Positions 25,538-38,047 of a DNA stretch of 64,000 bases are shown here, piece by piece. Positions within the stretch are counted from its first letter, which is position 1. Each line of letters opens with the position of its first letter. The position numbers and the translations under genes were made by a program. The stretch comes from Takakia lepidozioides (Eukaryota; Plantae; Bryophyta): assembly GCA_030704615.1 (NCBI GenBank), contig CM060731.1:84196001-84260000 (forward strand), given 5' to 3'. Under the pieces are notes generated by a model, which saw only the letters and a list, made by a program, of their open reading frames with translations, did no database searches and was not told the origin of the DNA.

Positions 25538-28500
25538 TTTTTTATTTTATTTTAAAAGAAATATTGCATTTATTGAGGGGAAAAAAAATAAAACCCCTTT
25601 TTGCACCATGAGGGCTACACACTGTAGTCAGTGAAGGGTAATCCAATACCTGCTGCTAAAGTGCAGCAGTGTGCTCATAGAGAGAGGACCTCTCGCAGCA
25701 ACCTAGCCCTGTCCGAGAGACTTCAAAAAAAAATGTCTAAGCCTGCAGCTGAGATTACCGAGGAGCTAATCTACAGCTACGCTTAACGGAAATTTAGCCT
25801 GGAAGTAGTGGCGGGGTGCTTGACGTGTTTCCAGTTCACGTCTCTCTCAAATTCCGGCGAGGCCGTGGAGTGGAGCTTTGAGGTCTCTCCAACGCTGAGG
25901 GGGGAGAGCGTTCCAAACACAGTGTTCCTGCTCGTTGCTTTGACAAATGATGCCATGGCAAGCCCACGTCGTCCTGAATGTTGCATGGATTGATGGCACC
26001 TGCCTGGGGGTCCTGTGACAGTCTGCAACACATTCTGCCTAAGCTTTTTTCGACTCTGTTAAAAGGTCTTTATACACCATTGCCAACAAAGCTGAGGTGC
26101 TGATTGTCTCCTTGCTAAAGGTCTTTTTACATCTAGCACGCCATAAGTGCCATAACGTAGATGCACGAAGAGTCTCGAGGACCGGACATGGAAATGATCG
26201 GCCCTTGGTTGTTTTGTTGTAATTAAGTAGCAGATCTAGAGGGCCAATGGCCGAGAGACTCCAATGTCTGTAGAAGACCTTGATGAAGGGCCATATTTTG
26301 GCTGGAGCTATACAAGTCAGAAGGCAGTGCTCGTGAGATTCAATAATACCCGAGGAGCAGCATCGACACAGTAGAGCTTCATGGAATTGCAGCCATTCTC
26401 CCACTTTTAGTGCTCTGTTTGCTACTTGCCATAAAAACGTCGAGATCTTGGCCGGCCTAATTTTTAGCCAGATAGAAGACCAGATTGCTGACCAGTTCTC
26501 ATTCAAGAAACCAAAGTGACTCCATTTGCTATTCCACTTAGTGGAGAGGGATGGCTGTATGTTAAGAGCCCTATAAGCCTTCTTGGGGGTGTAGGTAAGA
26601 AGGGGTGTTGCAGCGCGGCCAAAGGTCCATTCCCATTCTTTGGGGTCCAACTGGAGGTCCGCCAGAGGTCTTCCCAGGATCCACACGAATGTGGAGGCAT
26701 TGACCCAGGACAGGACAGGTATGGTAAGAGGTGGTTGGGGATCAAAACTCTTTGAACTTAGATGACCAATTGCATATTCTCACCGGGGTATGATTGAAAC
26801 GAGGGAAGAGGGTTTGGGATTGCGAAACCAAGATCAACACTAGAGTTTTGGGGTTGATATGGTAAGCGAACCCTGAGAAGTGGGTGTCTGTGGCAAAAAT
26901 CACCAATAGGATGGTGAGTCTGTTGCTTATGACTCCTAATGTCCAGAAGTTCGTGGAGGGGGTCATTGGTCCCACGTGCAGCGACAGGGACCAGGTTTGA
27001 GGTATAGAATTTATGACCGCCTGCAGCCCGGCCTTGGCTCTGATTGACCCCAGAATAGGGCTAATTGTGTCAATATGCAGGAAGCCTGTAGGCGACCACA
27101 TGTATTTTAGTTGACTGATGCCCCTGCTATCCCAGGCACACCACTTTTTTGCCAGCGATTTTTCAGATGGTGTGGGCATGTTGGTGTTCAAAAATAGGTG
27201 CTGGCGGAGGGTTTCCTCGTAAGTTTCTGGCTCTTTTTTGTGGAGAAATGGTCTCAATGCAGCCCAAGCTTTCCAGATGACGTTCCAAAGGGACGATCCC
27301 ACCTTTTTGTGCTTGAATCCATGTGTGATCCAGTGAATGGAGGGGTGCCATTTAGAGGTCTTAAGGGGACTTGCCATCATCAGATTTCCCACCACCAAAA
27401 ACTTCCACCAACCGCCTTCTGGGCCTAAGAATCTTGGCAGCCATTTCCCGAGGAGTGCTGTGATTTGGATCTCCGGGTCCAGAACCCCCAGTCCTCTCTA
27501 TTTTTTTGGCTGGCAGATCTGTCTCCAGGAGACCTGTGGCTTGACTTTTTGGCCCACTTTGCTCCCCAAACAAAATTCCGCAATAAAGCTTTGTATTCAC
27601 CGATTTGCCTTTTGGAAGGGCGCCAGGATGCTGCGTAGAACCATAGGCCAGCTGAGAGAATGTGGTTGGCCACAAGTGCACGACCTGTGATTGTAGAGCC
27701 CCAAAAAGTGAGGTTTTCTTTTGATCTTGGAAAGAATGGGTGACCTTGAAACCAGAGGCTTCACAGAAGGCCTCCAAAGTTGCTGCAGTTCTGTCCAGGT
27801 TGGTTTGGCTTGCTTGAAGCATAAGGAAAGTGTCATCTACATACATGGATTCCCTGATGTAAGCAGGCTGGTTAGTTATGTAGTTTGTGATTCTAAGACC
27901 CAAAATTTGCATGTCTGCTTGTAGCATGTAACCAAGCGTGTCGGCGGCAATAATGAAGAGGAAAGGAGCCAGGGGGCAGCCTTGACGGACAGATCGAAAC
28001 AAGTTGAATGGCTTTGACACTGCACCGTTGATGATCACCCTACTGGTTGACCCATTCAGCAAAATGCGCACCCATCGACAAAAGGAGGGAGGCATACCAA
28101 TCTTGGCCAGGGTGCCCATGAGGAAAGGCCATTCTACTCTGTCAAACGCTTTCTCGAAGTCTAGAAGGATTAGGGCAATAGCTTGCTGGGTTTGAAGGGC
28201 GTACTGGGGAAGCTCCAGTGCAAGAAGAATATTATCCATGATGTATCTCCCCTTAATAAAGCCCGATTGGCTAGGTCTAATGATTGATGGAAGAAGAGGC
28301 TGAAGACGTAGAGCTAGGCTTTTGGCTATAATCTTATAAGCAACATTGAGGAGAGTTATGGGCCTGTAGTTGCTTAAGTCCGTCATGTCTCCCTTTTTGA
28401 AAATCAGAGAGATGACTCCCTGTGACATGTTCCCCGGCATTTGGTTCACTTGAAAAATGTGGTTGGCCATGGCCCAAAAGTCAAGCGAGATGTCAGACCA

Positions 28501-29408
28501 AAGCTTTTTGTAAAATTCCACCGGGACCCCATCCAACCCTGGACATTTCCCATCTTTCAACTTGGAAAGGGCCAGTTCAAGCCCCCCTTCCATGAGAGGC
28601 CATAGGCGGGGCAATGAGAAGTGGGGAGTGCGCCAGGCAAGCATTGATTGTGGCTGATGCTACAGGTCTGTCACTCATAAAGAGGGTCTGAAAGTGGCTG
28701 GCAGCGAATGAAGCCATGGGTTTGGGGTTTGTGAATGACAGCCCCGAGGCCCAGTTAGCTAGTTCAGATATTGTCTGCCCTGCCTTTCTCAGCCTAGTTT
28801 TTGCAAAGAAGTACTTGGACATTTTTTCTCCCTTGGATGACCAGTTTACATCTGCTGACATCTTAAGCTTCTGCTCCTGCAGGTCTTGGAAGAATTGCAA
28901 ATTTTGTTTTGCTTCCAGGTAGGTATCATAAGTTTCTTGATCACAGCGGGGAGATTCCATTTTTCTCTGACAGATTGAGAGGCACTTGATGAGTGCCCTT
29001 ACCCTCCTTTTTCTAGTGGTGCAATCTCCTACTCATCTGCTGACCGGCTGCCCCCACTGCTTTGAGCTTGGTCATGAACTTATCTAAAGGGTTTTGGGAG
29101 ACCGTGCCAGCCTGAGACCAAGCTGTCCGCAAGCCTTGTGTGAACTCCGGGATCTGTAACAGAGAGGCATTCATTTTGTAAAGACCCTTGCCCCTTGGGC
29201 GAGTGTTTGGAATATCCAAGGAAGCCTCAATGACGGCGTGATCAAAGCCGGGGTGGATGGGCTGTTGGGGTAGCCTCCAGGACCATTGGATACAGTCCAA
29301 GGAGGCGTAGAATCTGTCCAATCTAGCCATCTGGAGATCGACGAGGGCTCTGCTATTTGACCAAATGAAGACTGGGCCAGAGGGGGGCACAGGCCCCCGG
29401 TTTGCCAC
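25538..29408 (-). mobile_element. L1/Tx1-like LINE: ORF2 (APE C-terminus, RT, zf-RVT), 5'-truncated and degenerate
   Basis: ARLDRFY...DH, KCPGLDG, NYRPITLLN, LDFEKAFDRV, RQGCPLAP, MYVDD and CRCC...ESHEHCLLTC. AATAAA and an A-rich tail lie near 25540-25575. Confidence 0.92.
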
Positions 29409-29770
29409 CACTACTACGTTTAGGGGGGGTTAGCGACGCCGGGACCCCGAGCGCGTCAGAGGCGACGACCCTCCTGCGACTGCTGTGCCGCGTAGGCACC
29501 CGGCCCGAAAATTGTGACGTCTGCGTGTCGCCGCAGGCGCCGCTCCGGTGACGCTTCGCCAGCTTGCGATTCAGCTACGTCGCTGCAGTTGGGGCATGAC
29601 CCGCCATCAAGCTAGGGGTTGTGACGCCTGGGCGTCGCACGTACCCTCTGCGATGCTCCCGCAAGGCTGCGACTCCTGGGAATCGCAACAATACCCCCTC
29701 ACACTTAGGCGCGTGGGGAGGGCCGAGCCAGCTCGCGCTAGGGTTTGCGACGTCCCGACGTTGCAGAAAT
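29409..29770 (+). mobile_element. Possible CACTA-type terminus with gcgacg subterminal repeats
   Basis: CACTACTAC begins exactly where LINE homology stops, followed by many (t)gcgac motifs. Similar motifs recur at about 47220-47300. No matching right TIR was found. Confidence 0.45.
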
Positions 29771-30150
29771 GAGGTGCCAAAGGGAAGAAACATGACCTCA
29801 ATGGGGACGTTTACAATAGGCCGGAAATTCAAGCGGCCAACGGATGGGATGCTATTCCGGAGGCCAAACCGTGGACTATGGGGATGTGTAAAAAATTCGT
29901 GAAAATGTGTCACATAAACCGTTTGTGGCCCAGGTCAAGGCATCAGATACACACTCGGAACAATTGCTGCGACGCCCCAACTTGCACAAATGCACATTTT
30001 CGCCAGAGGGCCGAAGATGTATACAAGACATTGTGGGGACAACCAAAGTTGTACCGAAACTCCATACCATATACATTGGCAGCCATGGTGTATGTTGAGG
30101 TTGTTTTGCATAGGCGTGTGGATTGGTAGACAGCCACAAAACGAAAAGGA

Positions 30151-31036
30151 GTGAAACAGTACAACCTTAGCGACATCCCCGACACATATGAGCCCCAGCC
30201 CCAAAGCCAGTTGAATGCAGCTGCAGCAACAGTAGCACTACCATCACCCCAACGCGAGTTGAATGCACCTGCAGCAACAGTAGCACTGCCATCGTCCCAA
30301 CCTGTGTTGAATGCACCCGAAGCAACTACAGCACAGCCTTTGTTGGAAAACGAATTGCAAGCCAAAGACCGACGTATCGCGGAGTTGGAGGACATGGTGA
30401 ATAGGCAAAGGTGTCAAATAGAGGAATTGGAGAGACAGTCCTCAATATTGGTCGACGATGTCATTGCACAAATAACTTGTGATATTCCTAGCCCGCCCCG
30501 GTCATCATTTGATGTTGCACAGGATGCAAGGCTTGAATGTGAACAGAGGACAAAAGGCAAAGAGCCTATGGTGGTGAGGGGTCAGTGTTCGAACAACTAT
30601 TCAATCTGACACAACAATTGTTGTGGAAAATCTCATTAAGGAACGTGATACCGCAAGGGCGACTGCAAATCGGCTGGCCAGGGTAGTAGACCTCAAAAGG
30701 TTCGTGCCACGTGAAGAGAGGTGGTTGGAGTGGGTCATGTGGGCGAGAACTTTGGCATCAAAAGAGGTTCAGAAAGAACATGCACTATATCGACTACAAC
30801 AAGCTGCACGGATGTCAGATCGTGCTGTGCAGAACATTTATGCAAGCATGCAGCGCTATGAGGCTATGCCACTAACCGAGAAAAAGAAATGATGAAGAAA
30901 GAAAAAAACGTGAAGGCCAAGACGTGTCCACCGCACTTGCCAACCATACAACCGAGTTTGACTCATTCACGGTGTGGGTTGATTTACATGGCATGTTTGA
31001 CCGTTGTGAACATAAAGTTGGTGGAGGCAATGAGAG
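30151..31036 (+). pseudogene. 5' part of a coiled-coil + RING-H2 gene interrupted by the 14.85-kb element
   Basis: Coiled-coil ORFs with internal stops. The last frame ends ...HKVGGGNE(R) at the TSD. Confidence 0.65.
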
Positions 31037-31872
31037 GAGGTTTACTATTTCATGAGCAGAAACCATGAGCCATGAGCCATGAGCCGCATGAGCGGTGAGC
31101 CGAAGTCTAAGATACGCGGATTTCATGAGCGGACTCCTCCAAATTTGGAAATGCGGCAGATTAAACAAGTATTAAAATAATAGTTTTTTATTTGACCTTG
31201 CCGTTTTTGGACGTTCCAGATCATGTAATGCGGCGAAGATATGTCGTCAGTAACAAGTCCGCTCATGGTTTTATAGATCCGCTCATGGAAATAAGTGACC
31301 GTGCAACGGGAAATCCAGTATACCACTGCAAAAGGACGTCGCATACTGGCCTGTATAGAGGATTCCGCGGTTTTACATGCCTTAACATTGGAATGAAGCT
31401 GACCCTTTTGCCGCGATTGAACCAATGGAGTCTGCACCAATACAGTCTGCAGTACTTCACAATTCTGTCTTCTTCGGGTATTCGGCGGGAAAGGTTTGCA
31501 ACTGAACTGGGAAATAGGGTGCCGCATTAGGGTTCGCACGTGCGAAATTTCGGAGCGGGTTGGTGTTGGCGAAGGCCGCCTCTGGGGGTACCTACGACGA
31601 TACTTGGAAATTCGGCGCCGCATTTCCTTGTCGGAGGTCGAATGGGGAGAGCAAGTTTTCGGAAAGCAGAAAAACATGAACCCTCCAACATACAAAAATA
31701 CATGCACGTGGAAACAAGTGAACGATATAGTAATATCTTAGTTCGATCAAAACAGGTTACTGGTAGGCAAGACATATGTCGGACCTTTGTGTGGCCAGAG
31801 TCTGAGGTACTGGCAGCAGTACAGTTCTACTATCCGATGGGCGTACCATTGTATGTGGACCGCAAGCCAAGC

Positions 31873-34800
31873 TCACTGGTCCCCTGGATCCATATTCAGA
31901 AGAGTGTGAACCTCCTGGGGGCTCAACCCTGGTGCATGTATGAAGTGATGAGTTGTGGAATTACAACGGAGTCTCTTTAGGTACACGTAGTACAAATGCT
32001 TGCAAGGGCAGTATGATGCCCCCTTGTTCGCCATGATCTGGAAGTCGGTGCAATTGCAGGTGGGTAATTCTGAAATGGTGATGGTGTACACCTCATTGCG
32101 AACAGCTGAGCCCGCCGTGGCCATCTGATACACACGCCCGAATCCTGGTGGGGGCACTTCTGTCGAGCTCTGGATTGTACAGTTCATCCGAAGTGCATTC
32201 CCCATCCTTGTCTCGTTCACTTTTGAGGGAGGTCGCCGCCTCTTCGGTTTCCCCCAACGGTGTGTAGGATGCTTAGAGCTGTCGTGTCCCATTGTTCTTG
32301 CTCTCACAGGGGTCGGTGGTGGAGGCTGTGGAAGCGGAAATGGTTGTCTGGGCACGTCAGTGCGCTGCACCATCCGAAATCCTGCGGCGGTAAGGGCGTC
32401 GGCCTCAACCTGACTCAGATCGCAGCCTGGTTCCACCGGCCACACCGGGGGAGCCTCTGGCATTGTCTGTATGCCGTACTTGGGCTTTCCATACACGCAA
32501 GTCATAATGTCGTGCCTGCAGAACCAGAACTGGGTGGTTGTCGCCTCCGCAAACTTTGCATGGACAAATCTTCCTGTAAAAGTAGGAGCAGGGACAGCCC
32601 CATCTGGATTCCTCCTTATCATCTCTAAACAACGTTGCCGTGTATCCACACGAATTGCGGAACACCTTCCTCGAAACGACGGCTTTGTGCGAGCAATTCT
32701 CCACTGTGAGGCAGACACAGTCGTCTCCACAATGGCTTGGCCATACTGCATAACAGCGGGCGGAATGTGGGGCAAGGGAGCGGTGGGAATTTGTTGCACG
32801 AAATCCCCGGTTGAAGGCGACGGCGATCTGGAATTTCTTGGGCTTCCACTGCTGGAAGACACATTGTGCGGCAACATGACGGGACCTCGAGGTGCTGTCC
32901 GAATGTTCCTGTCGGATCTCCAGGAATCCTCTTCGCACCCGGGTTCCTCTTCAATCCTCCGCCTGACAGGGCGAGTCCGGACGTCCCCCTCTAGGTGTTC
33001 ACCTCTGCGGTGCAGAGGCGTCCCTTTGATCTTCTCTCGCAATGCTGTCGCCCATTTCACTGGATTCTTGGACCTCGAAGCTGTTCGTACCAACAATTCC
33101 TCCCTGTCCGGCCCAAAGCCCCATTGTTTGCCGCTCAGGAACTTGTAGTACGTGGCTTGCTGCATGATTGCTCTGTCGATGTCCTCCGTTGTGGCCGTCA
33201 CTACGTCCACCAGATGTGCGGCAGAAGACGCTCGCCAGGAGGAGTGGACCGATTCTGCCATATTCGTGTTCGGCATGTCCGTGTCGGAATCCAAGCACCG
33301 CTCCTAGAAGGACACAAACAACGGTGAGGGACCAATCGAAATGTCCGTAACAGAAAGACAAATGAACGAAAATGACAGCAGCCTACCTCCCGCATGTACT
33401 GTCCGAACTGTCGATACCGAAAATGCCACCACCCCAACCAGCTGTGCAATGCTCCCAGATTGGTTGTCTCCACTGCACCTGACGTGTTCCACCAAGCCTC
33501 GATGATAGCAAACTTAACCTCCGCGTCATCAAATGTGGGTGCATCCTTCCACGCCGTACAAAGGACACGGTGTTCAGCCTGGAATGAGCTAGCAACAAAT
33601 TTGGTAGTGTAGTGGGATAGACTCTGCATCCAATGGAATCCACAGGATCTCTCTTTCCCCTCCATTGGAACATTGGGGTCCTCACCGTACACACGCCGCA
33701 CCGCTGCCCAGTTGGCCTGAGCGTTGTCTGCCATGAATCCCCTGAAATTGGGCTCTGGCAATCCCGCCCTTGCCATCTGCTGGTTTATGCCCTCCCACAG
33801 ATGCATCTCGGACTGTGTGTCCTCCCCTTTCATCTCGCAGATTGCAATCGTCATGAGCCTCTTGGAGTGATAGTCATAAACATGCGCACCCATAGTCACC
33901 CACTGATGGTTTGTAATTCGCTTGATGTGATCAAACATCACCCAAGCATTCGACAAGTTTCCAGTTGTCATGCGAGTGACCAAGTCGACTCCACTCCCAG
34001 GCCCACACGTCGACATTTTGAAAATGTAACAACGATCGGATTCGCTGCCTTGCCCTGGAAACCTGCTACCTTGGATGTAGTCATATCCAGTCATTCGTTT
34101 CACCTCCAGGATTGAGTACATGTCCGACCCCCTGCCGAACTCCTGCTTGCAAGATACGATGTGATTCCGCACATTCGGACTACAAACGTGCGAGACGGAC
34201 TCCAAGAGGTCACGCATCTCGTCTTCGGTCAAGGGCTCTCGGTCGGAACCATCTTCAGACATGATTTTGCCAAGAGCAATCTTGTGGGCTGCCTTCAGCT
34301 GAATCTGCTTTGGTCTGGCTCCGGGGCTCAATTTCACCTCCTCTTTTATGATGTCGTGTGCTTCCTGCACAGCCTCACGCATGTTGCCTCTCGCCAAGGG
34401 GTGGCAGTGGACCCCAACGTGTATGCAAGCTCTAGTCAAGTCCGGGAGCAAATGGATAACGTAATATTGCTTGGCTCTGCACATGGACATGCACGTCGGT
34501 GGTTCTTTGCAATGTGCACACTTGAAAGAACCCGCAGGAGCTTGGCTGGAGACAATGAATGGATGATGCGTTGTGCCAGTCCAATCCGTCTCGTTTCTCC
34601 GCCCTCCTTTGGAGAGAAAGTGGAAGCAGGTGGGATTGAGGCACCTCAGCTTCCCCGCACAGAGGACATATCGTACACGAACACCATCAGCAATTTTCGT
34701 GCTACTGGTCTTCGTCACACACCAGGGGTGTCCGTCATGCTTTCGATCCATGTCTGTTAACATCCCGGAGGCTTTCTTTGACGAAGAAACAGGTGGAAAC

Positions 34801-35480
34801 TCGAAGATGACATTGCCATCGACTTCGGGAGGCAGAAAAGTTACCTTTCTGACTGGGAATTTGGCATAGTCGAGAGCAGCCAGCTCGGAGCGAGAACCAT
34901 CGAGGTGATGTTGTCGTAGGAGCTGCACAATGGACCGGGTTGGAGTTATGCTCGAGGGCACATGCATAGCACCTACAGAGACGTCCATGCCGGATTTGAA
35001 CGACCGTGTGGAGGACATGGGTACCTCAATGCAATCATCTTCCTCGTCGGAAATGTCGAATACGTCCACACGAGAAGCTATGGAGGGTCTTGACGGTCCA
35101 GGTCGGGAATGATTATCGTTGCATACCTCTCTGTTGGCAGTGGCCGCCTGTCGGTTTCCGGACTCCTTTGTGGATGGTGTGGGCAGCGACTGATTCGGAA
35201 AGGGAATGGGCATTCCCACAGCTCGGTACAGGATGGTGTCTGACGGGGGAACGTGCCATTCGATTCCGCAACCTCCGTCGTTACCTAGCACGACAATGGT
35301 CTCGTCAACCTGTCCAGGAACATCCTTCCTTTCTTCTTCCAAATAAACTGTGCCCGGTTTGAGCTTGAATTTGGAACAAAGGTAAGTTTCAGTCACTCTG
35401 CAAAGTCCTCCCTCGTTTGGGATCCAGGCTCTCCCAAGTTGCGGAGGACAGCAAACTATAGCGTAGGAATTCGGAGCCAT
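31873..35480 (-). CDS. Mutator-like DDE transposase with an N-terminal GCM/WRKY-like zinc domain and a C-terminal SWIM finger (about 1170 aa; start uncertain)
   Basis: A phase-0 GT-AG intron at 33304-33386 joins ORFs 33201..35696 and 31873..33294 in frame. Motifs: VMFD, FMAD, CGFH (CxxH), NMAES, and SWIM CNCTDF...CKHLYYV. Confidence 0.88.
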
Positions 35481-35909
35481 CGAACACCGCACGGAGTTGG
35501 CAAGTGCGAGGTTCAGTATAGCGACAGACCAAGGCTCACAGGCACCATCTAAGTGGATCTGCGGAGTCCATCGACAATTGGAAGTCGCACATTGAAGTGG
35601 AAAGTATTGTTTCAAGCTACATGCATGAAGGTGGGAGGTTTGATTCCATAGCCAGTGAGTAGGACAATGATGGCCGATTCGGCGACGAAATAACATCTCC
35701 TGACAGTTTCTCCTGAGGGTGGATCCAGCAGTATTCTCGGTGCAGACAGGAACGTTCGCGCTGACAAGTGCCAGGACTGCTGGTTAAAACGGTCAGACAA
35801 CCAAGTTGTGCTCATCAAGACTGGCCGCAATTGTGTTGTTTCGGAACAATGCAACCCATTGAGGTTCCAGATTTCCCGTCACGAGTGATTCTGTCGATTG
35901 CTGGTGGAC

Positions 35910-37652
35910 GGAAATACGGCGCCGCATTTCCGTATTGCATCTTGGTCATGCAACAGAGCGACGGAAATGCGGCACCGAGTTTCCGTCCGGGGGAAACCTT
36001 TATACTCTCCAGAACGGAAATGCGGTAACGCATTTCCATCCAGCAAGCACGGTATGTGAAGGTGGAACGGAAATGCGGTACCGCATTTCCGTTCTGATTG
36101 AGATTTATGAACAACGGGAACAGAAATGCGGCACCGCATTTCCGTCCGAGTCGCACTTTTCGACATTCCAGAACGGGAATGCGGTGCCGCATTTCCATTT
36201 TGTATCTGATGCATGGAGCTGAGGGATAGAAATGCTGCAGCACATTTCCGTCCTTAAAAGACATTCATACTCTCGAGAACGGAAATGCGGTACCGCATTT
36301 TCATTCAACAAGCACGGTATGTGAAGGTGGAACGGAAATGCGGTACCGCATTTCCGTTCTGATTGAGAATTATGAACAACGGGAACAGAAATGCGGCACC
36401 GCATTTCCGTCAAAGTCGCACTTTTCGACATTCCATTAAGGAAATGCGGCGCCGCATTTCCATTTTGTATCTGATGCCTGGAGCCGAGTAAGATTCCGAC
36501 AGCTTCATACAGCGCAATTCCGACCGGTTGAGACATTCACACTATCCAGAACGGAAATGCGGCACCGCATTTCCGTTCTGACTGAAAATCGTGAACTATC
36601 TGAACTGAAATGCGGCACCGTATTTCCATCCGAGTCGCACCTACCATCATTCCAGAACGGAAATGCGGCACCGCATTTCCGTTCTGACTGAAAATCGTGA
36701 ACCATCGGAACTGAAATGCGGCAACGTATTTCCATCCGAGTCGCACCTACCATCAGGCCAGAACGGAAATGCGGCACCGCATTTCCGTTCTGACTGAAAA
36801 TCGTGAACCATCGGAACTGAAATGCGGCAGCGCATTTCCATCCGAGTCGCACCTCCCAACATTCCAGAACGGAATGTATTAGATTTAAAAGGGAAATGCG
36901 GCACCGCATTTCCGTTCTGATGAAATATCCTGAAACATCGGAATTGAAATGCGGTACCGCATTTCCGTCGGAGTCCCACCATCCGACATTCCAAAACGGA
37001 AATGCGGCACCGCATTTCCGTTTTGTATGTGAGGCATGGAGCTGTGGAACGAAAATGCGGGAACGCATTTCCGCCAGCGTCAGACGTTAATACTCTACAG
37101 AACGGAAATGCGGTACCGCATTTCCATTCTGACTGAAAATCGTGCGCAACGGGTACAGAAATGCGGCACCGCATTTCCGTTCGAGTCGCACCTTCCGACA
37201 TTCTCGAACGGAAATGCGGCGCCGCATTTCCGTTTTGTATATTCGGCCTGGAGCTGTGCTACGGAAATGTGTTGCCGCATTTCCATCCATGTGAGACCTT
37301 CAACCTTCCAGACCGGAAATGCGACACCGCATTTCTGTCCAGGTGAGACCTCTATACTTTCCCGAACGGAAATGTGGCACGGCATTTCCATTCATCAACT
37401 AACGTATGTGAAGTGGGAACGGAAATGCGGCGCCGCATTTCCCTTCTGAATCTCATACTTGGAGCTGTGGGACGGAAATGCGGCACCGTATTTCCGTTCA
37501 ACAACTAAGGTATGTGAAGGTGGAACGGAAATGCGGTGCCGCATTTTCTTCCAACAAGTACGGATGTGTAGCAGAGTGATCGTACTTAACGGAAATGCGG
37601 CGCCGCATTCGCATTCTCGCTCCAACTCATCAGACGCTGGGACGGAAATGCC
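35910..37652. repeat. Array of about 33 palindromic 22-bp motifs at a 53-bp period between the divergent genes
   Basis: Motif starts at 35910, 35963, 36016, 36069, 36122, 36175 and onward, with 265-bp and 106-bp higher-order units. Confidence 0.95.
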
Positions 37653-38047
37653 TTGAAATGTGAACACGTGGAGCAACGGAATTGCTGCACATGTCGGCAC
37701 TCTATCTGACTGAAGGGGCATGAGGCGGCGCGGCCTGACCGTTGGATAATGATGTTTGATTTTCGGACGGCGGGCGTACCCTCAACGATTCGAATTTCGT
37801 AATGACGCAAACTCCACGAGGAGACACTTTCGTCCAACCTTTCGAACCCAAGTGGTGCATCACCGCCGTTTCATCTACTTTTGTCGTGTCTCCTCAGTCA
37901 CCCCTCTCGCGCCCTTTCCATCTGCACTCTTTGCCCCTTTTCCCTCTCTCTGTTCTTCTTATGCTCGAACCTGAGAGGGGGGGAGTTCGTGCACCAGACA
38001 GGAGACCTCGTCGCAAGCTCCGGAAATTATACTTCGGACGTAGGCCA

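Noticed and set aside
32471-33148. Long antisense ORFs over the transposase and MTase exons (also 40783..41964)
   Set aside because: They are shadow ORFs of GC-rich coding sequence on the opposite strand.
31873-35696. Host FAR1/FHY3-like or GCM transcription factor, or a Zisupton/KDZ transposase
   Set aside because: It has multiple copies with TIR/TSD and retained DDE residues. The motif spacing looks MULE-like and I saw no KDZ-type CxC domains, although superfamily placement needs a phylogeny.
35910-37652. CRISPR array (palindromic 22-bp repeat plus 31-bp spacers)
   Set aside because: Spacers recur as a few types in higher-order repeats, the repeats are degenerate, no cas genes are visible, and the context is eukaryotic.
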